Below are positions 50,668-59,840 of a stretch of 64,000 nt of DNA, piece by piece. The DNA lies in contig CAWBOC010000002.1 of NCBI GenBank assembly GCA_963790305.1, positions 128,001 through 192,000 of the forward strand. Direction: 5' to 3'. The position numbers and the translations under genes were made by a program. The number at the start of each line of letters is the position of its first letter. Position 1 is the stretch's first letter. The stretch is from an uncultured Gemmatimonadaceae bacterium. GTDB taxonomy: Bacteria; Gemmatimonadota; Gemmatimonadetes; Gemmatimonadales; Gemmatimonadaceae. The notes under the pieces are model-generated. The model worked only from the letters and a program-made list of their open reading frames with translations. It had not been told where the DNA came from and did not search any database.

Positions 50668-53001
50668 TCACTTCCGTGCCGCGCCCACTCGCCTGACGAG
50701 GGCCTCGAAACGCGGCTCACCCCGCAGCGACCGCAACTGCGGATCGATGCCGAGAAAGACCATCGAGTGGGACCGCTCGGTGTACGCGCGTTCGAGCAGA
50801 TCGAGCGCGCGATCACGCGCGCCGACCGCGAGGTGAATCTTGGCGACCTCGTACGTGGGCACGTAGGATCGTGAGGAGCGATCCTCGAGCTCGCGCAGCA
50901 ACGCGGTCGCGCCCGCGGTGTCGCCCGCTGTGGCGCGGGTGCGCGCGAGGGAAGCGACGAATAGGGTACTGCGATTGGTGAGTGCGACCGCACGCTCGAG
51001 CAGTGTGAGCGCCTCGGCCGCACGCCCGATCTCCTGGAGCGACCAGCCACGCCAGAGCAGGGCGACGGCATAGTCCGGATCCAGCTCGAGCGTCAGCCGA
51101 CACTGCTCCGCGGCTCGCTCGAAGTCGCCGGCATAGTACAGCACCCAGCCGTGCGCCGCGCTGGCAATGAGCGAAAGCGGATCGATTTCCTGGGCCCGAT
51201 TCATCGCCCGCTCAGCGTCGTCGAATCGAGCGCGCGCGGTCAGGAAGTTCGCGTGCCACTGATGCGCCGTCGAGTACCTCGGTCCCACCTCGATCGCGCG
51301 CGTGAACCACTCCTCGGCGCGCGACCAGTTCCAGTTGTAGTACAGCTCGACGTACCCGAGGGTCGCGTATGGTTGCACGAGTGTCGAGTCGAGCGCCATC
51401 GCCCGTCGGGCGGCGCGCTCCGCGCGTGGGAACGCCTCACGAGGCGGCAAATAATCGTAGAAGCCCAGAACGGCGTTCGCGTCCGCGAGGCCCGCGTGAG
51501 CGAGCGCGTACGTCGAATCCTTGTCGATAGCCTGCGCGAAGTACGCGGCCGCGGAATTGAGCCCCTCTTCGGTGCGACGATACCATGAGTACCGCCCTTT
51601 CATATACAGAGCGTGGCGACCGCGCAGGTAGAGATTGTACGCCTCGAGGTCGGTGTCGCGCCGTGCCGTGGCCGCCGAATCGGCACGCCCCATCAGCGTT
51701 CCCTTGAGCGTCTCGACGATGGATCGTGAGATCTCCTCCTGAATGACGAATACGTCTTCGAGCTTGCGCTCGTACGTGCGCGACCAGAGCTGATAGCCAT
51801 CGCGCGCGTTGGAGAGGCGAGCCGTGATGCGAAGCGTACCGTCGGCGGCGCGGACACTGCCGTCGAGGACGGTCGCGACACCGAGCTGTTCGCCGACGTC
51901 GCGAACGTCGAGCGTTTTTCCCTTGAACGAGAACGACGAGGTGCGCGATGCGACCTGCATACCCTGAACGCGGCCGAGCGTGTTGATCAGCTCCTCGGTC
52001 ATCCCGTCGCTGAAGTACTCGTGATCGTGCGCGGGGCTGAGATCGACGAATGGAAGGACGGCGACACTGGCGCTGGCGGCCCTGTCTCCCTCCGAGGCGC
52101 GCCCGCGGGCCACTACGGCGATAGCGATCACGGTGGCGATCGCGGCGGTCGCGGCCGCGACCGGCCACGTTCGACGCGACCGAACTGACGGTTGCGCGGT
52201 GACGATCGCTGGAGCCTGGTGCTCTTGCCGGTTCGGGTCGAGGGTGACTGTCGAAGGCGCGGACACCGGCGTTGGCGCAACGGGGGCAATGGGCTGCGCA
52301 CGCATTGACGCGGCAAGCTCGGCGACCGCCGCGTCCGGCTCGGTGCCGAATTCATCGGCGAGCAACGTTGCATGCACCCGAGCATGCTGCAGCGCCGCGG
52401 CACGATCCCCTGAGCGGTCGAGCGCACGCATGAGGCGGACGGCGATGCGCGAGCTATACGGATCGTGCGCCGCGAGCGCACGCCACCATCGCACGGCATC
52501 GACCGCATCACCACGACGCTCTGCGCCCTCACCCAACGCTTCCAGGGCGCGCGCATAGGCGCGGCCAAGACGATCGCGCTCGGCAGCCGCCCACCGCTCG
52601 AACTCCTCGGCCCCGGCGAGGAAGAACCCATCCAGGAAAGGCCCACCGTACGCATCAGCCGCACCCTGCCATTCGCCGCGATCGATCGCGTCCTCGAATG
52701 CGCCAACATCGCTCGGCAGCACGTCGGCCGAGAGGCGCAGGTCTTCCCCCGTGCTGGCAATGGCCTCCCCGCCGAGCGCCTGGTTCACCCGGTAAATGGA
52801 ATCGGACAGCAGAGGACGGCCGTGCTCGGCGTCCTGCTCCGGCCACAGATACGCGATGAGTTTGTCTCGACTCACTCCACGCGCGCGCGCGACGGCGAGC
52901 ATCGCGAGGAGCGCGATGCGTCGCCGCTGCGCGGCGCGACCGGCCATGGGACCCGAGGGCGTCTGAATCGACGCGCCGCCGAGCAGCTTGAGTGAGAACA
53001 C
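50668..53001 (-). CDS. SARP/BTAD regulator - TM - TolB-like - TPR protein
   Basis: LKLLGG, SRDKLIAYLWPE, YGGPFLDG, SVAVLPF...YFSDGMTEELI, TPR tail. Confidence 0.85.
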   Translation of the reverse strand: MFSLKLLGGASIQTPSGPMAGRAAQRRRIALLAMLAVARARGVSRDKLIAYLWPEQDAEHGRPLLSDSIYRVNQALGGEAIASTGEDLRLSADVLPSDVGAFEDAIDRGEWQGAADAYGGPFLDGFFLAGAEEFERWAAAERDRLGRAYARALEALGEGAERRGDAVDAVRWWRALAAHDPYSSRIAVRLMRALDRSGDRAAALQHARVHATLLADEFGTEPDAAVAELAASMRAQPIAPVAPTPVSAPSTVTLDPNRQEHQAPAIVTAQPSVRSRRTWPVAAATAAIATVIAIAVVARGRASEGDRAASASVAVLPFVDLSPAHDHEYFSDGMTEELINTLGRVQGMQVASRTSSFSFKGKTLDVRDVGEQLGVATVLDGSVRAADGTLRITARLSNARDGYQLWSRTYERKLEDVFVIQEEISRSIVETLKGTLMGRADSAATARRDTDLEAYNLYLRGRHALYMKGRYSWYRRTEEGLNSAAAYFAQAIDKDSTYALAHAGLADANAVLGFYDYLPPREAFPRAERAARRAMALDSTLVQPYATLGYVELYYNWNWSRAEEWFTRAIEVGPRYSTAHQWHANFLTARARFDDAERAMNRAQEIDPLSLIASAAHGWVLYYAGDFERAAEQCRLTLELDPDYAVALLWRGWSLQEIGRAAEALTLLERAVALTNRSTLFVASLARTRATAGDTAGATALLRELEDRSSRSYVPTYEVAKIHLAVGARDRALDLLERAYTERSHSMVFLGIDPQLRSLRGEPRFEALVRRVGAARK

Positions 53002-53116
53002 GTTACGCGTGGCGAGAGCGGGGCGAGAGACGGGCGAGAGCCCGCCGATGCCGCTCCGACATGATACGCGCGCCCCGGCTTCGGGCAAGCCATCTCACCG
53101 CTCTAGAGGAGTGTCT

Positions 53117-53698
53117 ATGCGTTCACCCATCAGCCCCAAAGCGGCCATGCCCCTTCTCGCCGCTAGCGTGGTCGCCATCGCGGTATCCTGCAGCGATCGC
53201 CCCGAGCCGACGAGCGCGGGGGGCGAAACGGATCACGTTCATGTTGCCGCGACGCAGGTCGGTGCGCCGCTTCCCGGACTCGGACCCAAGCTGGCTGAGC
53301 TTCAGAGCTCGACCGCGCGCTACCACGATTTCGCCGCCGCGCAGGCCGACGGCTATACCGTCCAGGTCACCGGCTGCATGGAGGATGCGTCCCGCGGAGG
53401 AATGGGCTACCACTACGCGAAGGGCGCTCTCATCGATGGGCAGGTCATCGAAGCGCGTCCCGAGGTCCTGCTGTACGAGCCTCAGGGGAAGGGAAAGCCA
53501 CGCCTCGTCGGTGTCGAGTTCATCATCCCCTTTACCGCCTGGACGGGGGCGGAGCCCCCGGTTCTGTATGGTCAGTCGTTCGCGCGAAACGAGACCTTTC
53601 AGGTGTGGGCCCTTCACGTCTGGGTCTGGCGCGCCAACCGCGGCGGGGTGTTCGCAGACTGGAATCCCGCCGTTGACTGCGACCGCGACAACGCCTAA
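53117..53698 (+). CDS. Lipoprotein of unknown function
   Basis: GAGGAG RBS, lipobox AVSC, GGMGYHY, PEVLLYEP, LHVWVW. Confidence 0.75.
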   Translation: MRSPISPKAAMPLLAASVVAIAVSCSDRPEPTSAGGETDHVHVAATQVGAPLPGLGPKLAELQSSTARYHDFAAAQADGYTVQVTGCMEDASRGGMGYHYAKGALIDGQVIEARPEVLLYEPQGKGKPRLVGVEFIIPFTAWTGAEPPVLYGQSFARNETFQVWALHVWVWRANRGGVFADWNPAVDCDRDNA

Positions 53699-53709
53699 CA
53701 GGAGCCTAC

Positions 53710-53991
53710 ATGCCCAGGTACTTGATCGAGCGGGATCTCACCGGAGCCGGTCAGCTCACCGCGGATGAGCTCCGCGGCATCTCGACGAAGTCATGTCAGG
53801 TGCTTCGCGAGCTCGGGCCGGAGATCCAGTGGGTTCAGAGCTACGTCACCGACGACAAGATCTATTGCGTGTACATTGCCGCCACCGAACGCCTCATTCG
53901 CGAGCACGCGAAGCGTGGCGGGTTTCCGTGCAACCGGGTGAGCGAGGTGCGGGCGGGGATTGATCCGACGACGGCGGAATTACGGCAGTGA
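53710..53991 (+). CDS. DUF4242 family protein
   Basis: MPRYLIER, WVQSYV, KIYCVY.A, REHA..GGFP. Confidence 0.85.
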   Translation: MPRYLIERDLTGAGQLTADELRGISTKSCQVLRELGPEIQWVQSYVTDDKIYCVYIAATERLIREHAKRGGFPCNRVSEVRAGIDPTTAELRQ

Positions 53992-54075
53992 GGAGTGGAG
54001 AGTGGGGAGTGGGGAGTGGGGAGCTCGATCATCGAATTCCTCACTCCCCACTCTTCACTCCTCACTCCTCACTCC
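53987..54075. repeat. Heptamer-arm palindrome, AGTG(A/G)GG family
   Basis: Five AGTGRGG units, short spacer, five CCYCACT units; both flanking TGA stops fall within the arms. Confidence 0.85.
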
Positions 54076-55217
54076 TTCTGGCTCGTCGTCTCCACCGGCA
54101 TCTCGAACTTCACCGGGAGCTGCACCAGTTGGCGCACACGCTGGCCGGCGAGCACGGCGGGGTGGAAGCGGGCGTTCTGGAGGGCACGACGCACGGCATC
54201 GGTGAACAGTGCGTGGCTCGTGGAGATCGCCGACATACTCTCGATGACCACGACTCCGGTGGTGTCGACGACGAACTCCACCAGAACCTGCCCGGTCACG
54301 CGCTCGCGAAAGAGTGAATCGGGGTACGCGGGCCGGATGCTCGCGCTGCTGTCGGTGCGGGCGACCGCGTCAACCTGATCCGCGGTGAAAAGCTGGCGTT
54401 CCTCGACCTGCCTGGTGAGCTCCACCGGCTGGGTCGCGGGGCGTCGAGCCTTGCGCCGGCGCTCCTCGAACCCTGTCCAGATGACGATGGCGCCGCACGA
54501 CCCGCCGCCACGCACCCATTGAAACTCCGGCGGAACCGTTGCGACGCCCAGGTACACTTCGATCGCCTCGATGATGTACGGGTCGAGAGCATCGAGGTCG
54601 AACTCGCCGGCCGTCGCCGGGAACCCATCGAGCCACACGAGGGGCGCGCACCGCATCCCGCGAAAGCGGACGACGTTGGTGAAGGTCGACGAATAGATGC
54701 GTGCGCCAGGGACGCTGCGGAACAAGTCGGTCACCTGGGCCGGATTTCGCTGATCGATTTGATCGCGCGTGATGAAATGGCCGCCTGACGAGCGCGATCG
54801 CCGCTGGTAGAATCCGGCCAGCCGGCCATGGTCCTCGAACCGGCGGTCGCCGCGAACGATGACGGCGGCGAGCGATTGCGCGAGCGGGGTGACGATGACC
54901 GACATCGACGCCGCCTCGTCCGGTCCGATCACGATGGTTCCGACGGTGGGGATGAAGCCCAGCCGCCGCACCCCGATGCTGATGGTCCCCGCGGGAACGT
55001 TCGTTAGGCGGAACTGGCCCTGCGGATTGGTGTGCGCTCGCAGGCCGGTGCCCACGATGGTGATCTCCGCGCCCGCAATCCCGGCACCGGAAGAGTCGCG
55101 CACCACTCCCGCGACGGTCCCGCGAGCCTCGCGATCCTGGGCACGAACCGACGCGGGGCCGAGCGCGAGCGCTCCCCCTGCCAGGCCAATGGCGGCCACG
55201 CCGCAGAAACGACGCAT
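54069..55217 (-). CDS. Carboxypeptidase-regulatory-like + TonB-plug-like + TonB C-terminal protein
   Basis: TNPQGQF; GHFIT, DLFRSVPG, AIEVY, CGAIVIWT; PAYP...GQVLVEFVVDTTG...RFHPA. Confidence 0.8.
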   Translation of the reverse strand: MRRFCGVAAIGLAGGALALGPASVRAQDREARGTVAGVVRDSSGAGIAGAEITIVGTGLRAHTNPQGQFRLTNVPAGTISIGVRRLGFIPTVGTIVIGPDEAASMSVIVTPLAQSLAAVIVRGDRRFEDHGRLAGFYQRRSRSSGGHFITRDQIDQRNPAQVTDLFRSVPGARIYSSTFTNVVRFRGMRCAPLVWLDGFPATAGEFDLDALDPYIIEAIEVYLGVATVPPEFQWVRGGGSCGAIVIWTGFEERRRKARRPATQPVELTRQVEERQLFTADQVDAVARTDSSASIRPAYPDSLFRERVTGQVLVEFVVDTTGVVVIESMSAISTSHALFTDAVRRALQNARFHPAVLAGQRVRQLVQLPVKFEMPVETTSQKE

Positions 55218-55353
55218 GGGACCACCTCCGCCTGCGAGGGTAGGGGCGGGGAAAGGGGGGCGCAAGGGGCGGGGCCGTCAGCGCAGTGTAAAGGCAGGTC
55301 AACAGCTGACGACAAGGGGCAACGTCTGACACCTGACGTCTTCAGGTGTTGCT

Positions 55354-56277
55354 CTACGGCGTGATATCGATCCCGTAGTGAAGCTCGAGATACCGGTTGA
55401 TCACACCAGCCAGTCCGGCCGCGAACCTCGCCCGGTTCTCTTCCGTATCTCGCACCCCGATCCGGTTCGACTCGATCTGCACCCCGCAGATCGTCCCACC
55501 CGCGCGACACCCGTGCATGGAGGTGTTGAACCCGCCCGAGAAGTACTCGTCGCTCCCCGGATCGGGCGTCGCATCGCTCGGAACGGCAGGGAAGCCTTCC
55601 GATTCGAGGAGCGCGCCCAGACTCGCCGGCCCGCGCAGCAGCTCGGCGAACGAAAGAGGCGAGCGCACCGACAGTGTCCGTATGCTGCTCTGAACTTCGT
55701 ATGCCGGCTGGCTGTCGAGCGAGTCGTCCGGTTGCCGAAGCTCCTCGGAGCCAAGCAAATAGCCGAGCTCCAGGCGCTGGATGGCGTGTCCGTGGCCGTG
55801 AAGGTCGAGGTAGAGGCCGCCCGCGTAGCGCTGGCTGACAGCGCTCCTCGCGTCGGTGAGAAAGCGATGAAACTCCTGCCAGGCAATCGCTGCCTCGGCG
55901 TCTCCTTGCGCGCCCTCGGTGAGATCGCGGTTCGCGTCCAGCTTCACGCGATGCAGGCGGACGATCACCACGTGCGCGTGCTTCCCGGTGAGCCTCACGA
56001 GCGCGGAATCGACCGCGCGCGCCAGCTCCCCCGTGTTCAGATCGGTGACGGTGGTGCCATACGTCCGATCGGGAATCTCATCGGGACGAAGCGAGCCGCC
56101 ATGAGGCGCCGAGAGGATGACCGGCAGCTCGCCGGCGATGTACTCGATGTACTGGTTGCGCCCGAAATACGACGTGCCCGGCGTGTAGCGTGTGGTGTCG
56201 ACCGGCTGTCGCGGCGACGACGGCGAGGCGCACGCGGCCAGCAGCGCTACGAGCCCGAACGACGAGCGTCCGCTCAG
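55354..56277 (-). CDS. N-formylglutamate amidohydrolase-like lipoprotein
   Basis: Lipobox LAAC, SAPHGG, LDANR, DLHGHGH, YFSGG, QIE; start codon uncertain. Confidence 0.7.
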   Translation of the reverse strand: MSGRSSFGLVALLAACASPSSPRQPVDTTRYTPGTSYFGRNQYIEYIAGELPVILSAPHGGSLRPDEIPDRTYGTTVTDLNTGELARAVDSALVRLTGKHAHVVIVRLHRVKLDANRDLTEGAQGDAEAAIAWQEFHRFLTDARSAVSQRYAGGLYLDLHGHGHAIQRLELGYLLGSEELRQPDDSLDSQPAYEVQSSIRTLSVRSPLSFAELLRGPASLGALLESEGFPAVPSDATPDPGSDEYFSGGFNTSMHGCRAGGTICGVQIESNRIGVRDTEENRARFAAGLAGVINRYLELHYGIDITP

Positions 56278-58386
56278 AACGCGGCGATCTCCTGAAAGAC
56301 GCGCTTGAAGTCGTCGATCTGCGGCAGGATCGCGTCCTCCAGCGATGGCGCATACCCGACGAAGGTGTCGGTGGACGCGATTCGCATCACCTGGGGCGTC
56401 CAGCCAGGCGAAGCACTCCTGCGCGATCGCGGCCGCGATCTCCGCGCCGTAGCCCCAGGAGAGCGAATCCTCGTACGCAACGACGACGCGATTCGTCTTC
56501 TTCGTCGAGCTGAACACCGCCTCACGGTCCCAGGGCAGGAGCGTGCGCAGGTCGATCACTTCGACGTCGGGCCCACCGCTCTCCGCGACCTGGTTCGCGG
56601 CCACGAGCGCGCGCTGCACGGTCGCCCCGTAGGTGACGACGGTGATGTCCTTCCCCTCACGAACCACCTTCGCCTTGCCGAACGGGATCATGAAGTTCGG
56701 CCCGGGATACCGCGATTTGTTGTACGTCTGTCGGTAGAGATGCTTGTGCTCGAGGAAGATCACCGGGTCGTCACACCGAATCGCCGTGCGCAGCAGCCCA
56801 TTCGCATCGAGCGCCGTGGCGGGACAGACGACCCGAAGTCCGGGCGTATGCGTGAAGAGCGAGGCGCCGGTCTGCGAGTGATAGACCGCTCCACGGATGT
56901 AGCCGCCGTACGTCGTGCGGATGACGACCGGGGCGGAGAACGCATTGTTCGAGCGCCAGCGCATCGTCGCGAGCTCATCGCGAATCTGCATGTACGCCGG
57001 CCAGATGTAGTCGAAGAACTGAATCTCGACGACCGGCTTGAACCCACGAATCGCCAGACCGATCGCGCGCCCGACGATGTTCGCCTCGGCCAGCGGCGAG
57101 TTGTACACGCGAGTGCCGCCGAACTCCTTCTGCAGCCCCCACGTCACTTTGAAGACGCCGCCCTTGCCCTTCACCTTGCCCATGTGCTGCTCGCGCGAGA
57201 TGTCGGCGACATCTTCGCCGAAGACGAGGATGCGCTCGTCGCGGCGCATCTCGTCCTTCATGCATGCGTTGAGCAGGTCGACCATGGTCGTCGGCTCGCC
57301 CGCGTACTGCGGGTCGTCCTCCGTGTCGAACGCATCGCTCGCCGGATCGACGTCGGGCGAATACACGGCGAAGTACACCGTGTCGGCCGCCGGCTGCGGC
57401 TGGGCGAGCGCGTCGTCGGTCGCTGCCAGCACCTCGGCGTCGGTCTCCTGACGGAGGCGCTCGAGCTCGTCCTCCGTCGCGATCCCTTCCGCGACCAGCC
57501 AGCGAGGAAAGGTGATGATGGGATCGCGCTGCGCCTCCGCCTCACGCTCCTCGGGCGGCTTGTACAGGATCTCGTCGTCGGAAAGCGAGTGCGAGTACGG
57601 ACGAATGACGCGAGCGTGGACGAAAGCCGGTCCCTTGCGTCGGCGCGCGTGGTCGACCGCCTTCTTCATCACGTCGTAGGAGGCGAGCAGATCGCACCCG
57701 TCCACTTCCTGGATGAAGAGATTCGGGAATCCGCTGACGAGCTTCGAGATCGAGCCGCCGGCGGTGTTCACCTCGACCGGGACGGAGATCGCGTAGCCGT
57801 TATCCTCGACGAGGTACACGATCGGCAGCGACAGATTGCAGGCGGTGTTGAGCGACTCCCAGAACTCGCCCTCGCTGGTCGTGCCATCGCCGGTGGTGAC
57901 GAGGACGATCTCGTCCTTCTGGAAACCTTCGGTGATGCCCAACGTCTTGGCGCGGACGATCGCCTCGGCCGACCCGACCGCCTGGAGAAACTGGGTTCCC
58001 GTGGGCGACGAGGTCGAGACGATGTTGAGCTCTTTCTTCCCCCAGTGGCTCGGCATCTGGCGTCCGCCCGAGTTGGGATCGATCGCGGCGCCCACGGCGG
58101 AGTAGAGCATCTCGGCGGCCGTCATGCCGAGCTGAAGGCAAAGGGCGCGGTCGCGGTAGTACATGTAGAACCAGTCGTGCGCCGGCCGCGTGACCATTCC
58201 GGCGGCGGTCAGAATCGCTTCGTGCCCCGCGCCGGAGATCTGAAAGAAGATCTTGTTCTGCCGCTTGAGCTGGATCTCCTTGTCGTCGATCCGGCGCGAG
58301 AGATACATCGTGCGGTATGCCGCAACGAGTAGCGCGGGACTGAGTTCGGAGCCCGCCTTACGCTCCGAGCGCGTTTGAGTTGCCAT
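56274..58386 (-). CDS. 2-oxoacid dehydrogenase E1, fused alpha/beta subunits (frameshift near 56395)
   Basis: [16 protein letters not shown]...[31 protein letters not shown]; true C-terminus in ORF 56274..56525. Confidence 0.9.
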
Positions 58387-58404
58387 GTCGATCAAGATAG
58401 TAGA

Positions 58405-58513
58405 CGGAATGCGGAATGCGGAATGCGGATTGCGAGTAGGACCTTCCGGGCGGTGAGGCTCATGACGCCTCGACGGTCTCATATACGAATCCGCATTCCG
58501 CATTCCGCATTCG
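58405..58513. repeat. Heptamer-arm palindrome, GAATGCG family
   Basis: (GGAATGC)x3-GGATT ... AATCC-(GCATTCC)x3 between divergent genes. Confidence 0.85.
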
Positions 58514-58526
58514 CTTTGGGGGCCCC

Positions 58527-59012
58527 ATGGCCACGCCGGCGGTCACGCACTGCATTTTCTGCGACATAATCAAAGGGGCCGCCGAGGTATCGGTGTGCTA
58601 CGAGGACACCGAATCGATCGCGTTCATGGACATCCAACCGGTGAACGCAGGCCACGTTCTTGTCGTCTCCCGGCAACACTTCGAGTCCTTCCTCGACCTG
58701 CCGAAGAGTCTCGGGACGCACCTGTTCCAGGTGGCGATGCAGCTCGCGCCGGCCATTCGCAAGGTATCGGGGGCGAATGGGATGAACGTCATCGTATCCA
58801 GTGGGGCCGCGGCGGGGCAGGACGTGTATCACTTCCACATCCATTTGATCCCGCGCCGGGAGGGGGACGGGTTCGACGTGCGTCTCCCCTTCGCGGAGTC
58901 CGAGGTGCCTGACCGGACGGTGCTGGACATGATGGCGGCGCGGATCATTGGGGCGTTACGGGACCCGACACGCGTGCGTCCGGCCCCTCGCCAGGCGGCG
59001 GCCGTTCCGTGA
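58527..59012 (+). CDS. HIT family hydrolase
   Basis: [20 protein letters not shown]. Confidence 0.92.
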   Translation: MATPAVTHCIFCDIIKGAAEVSVCYEDTESIAFMDIQPVNAGHVLVVSRQHFESFLDLPKSLGTHLFQVAMQLAPAIRKVSGANGMNVIVSSGAAAGQDVYHFHIHLIPRREGDGFDVRLPFAESEVPDRTVLDMMAARIIGALRDPTRVRPAPRQAAAVP

Positions 59013-59300
59013 CCTTTTCGGGGGTGCCACCGTCGAAAATATGAAAGGCGGACGCGCCGCGCCCTTGCGCCCCGACGTTCCGCTTCGCATTCGTAAGGCG
59101 CGCGGCGACCACGCCCCGTGGGCACCCGCGCCGATCAACGACTGGAGGCACATGAGCGTCGATCGACGACCCTCTTCCGACCCAGAACACCGTCGGCCAA
59201 CCGTCGTCGCCACACGCTGGTGCGCTCCACCCACCACGACACCTCGCCCCGCCCGGGTTCCCCATCCGGCGCGGGGCGACGTGCTTTTCGGCGAGGTGCA

Positions 59301-59702
59301 ATGTCTCGGCACGGCATTCATCGCATCTGCCTCCCCCGCGCGCCGCGTGGACTTCTCCGGCGGCGTCGTTCCCACCTTCGCCACGTCGACTTCAAGCGAG
59401 CGCTCAAGCGCGCCGTAATGCGCGACTGCGGCCGGCGCTGCGTCTACTGCGGCGCCTGGCTCGAGCATGATCATGCGACTATCGATCACGTGCACCCGCG
59501 CGCGCGGGGAGGTATCACCGCGTACGGCAACCTCGTTGCCGCCTGCGCCCCGTGCAACCGATTGAAGGGTGACATGCTGCCGCACGATTTCTTCGTGCGG
59601 TATCCGCTGGCGGGGATGAACTTCCTGTTATACGCTCGCGTCGTTCATCGCGCCTTGAAGCGGGGCGCGCGGAGAGCGGTGAGTCTCGCGTTGGCGGCTT
59701 GA
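59301..59702 (+). CDS. Small HNH endonuclease
   Basis: GAGGTG RBS; RCVYCG, TIDHVHP...GG, NLVAACAPCN. Confidence 0.85.
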   Translation: MSRHGIHRICLPRAPRGLLRRRRSHLRHVDFKRALKRAVMRDCGRRCVYCGAWLEHDHATIDHVHPRARGGITAYGNLVAACAPCNRLKGDMLPHDFFVRYPLAGMNFLLYARVVHRALKRGARRAVSLALAA

Positions 59703-59706
59703 ACTA

Positions 59707-59832
59707 GGGGTCAGGAGTCAGGGGTCGGGGATCAGGGGGTGTCCGGGCAAAGGGTTCAGGAGTCGCGCGAGCCGTACTCCTCGAACCTTCGCCCTGACAC
59801 CCCCTGATCCCTGACCCCTGACTCCTGACCCC
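59707..59832. repeat. ~126-bp MITE/REP-like element, TCAGGAG family
   Basis: Inverted copy of 25530-25656 with substitutions. Confidence 0.85.
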
Positions 59833-59840
59833 TCGTCCGC

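Noticed and set aside
31365..54075. Tandem repeats as CRISPR arrays
   Set aside because: Units are 7-9 nt, contiguous, without unique spacers, and no cas genes are present.
8500..58332. Long antisense or alternative-frame ORFs (e.g. 8500..9777, 28153..29493, 56305..58332)
   Set aside because: Arg/Ala/Ser-rich shadows of real genes, expected in high-GC DNA, with no motifs.
55354..58503. 1049-aa ORF suggesting an E1 dehydrogenase fused to an amidohydrolase
   Set aside because: A frameshift near 56395 diverts the frame. The proper E1-beta C-terminus is in ORF 56274..56525 and the second protein has its own lipobox.
59301..59702. IscB/Cas9-like RNA-guided nuclease
   Set aside because: Only 133 aa, HNH domain only, no RuvC segments.
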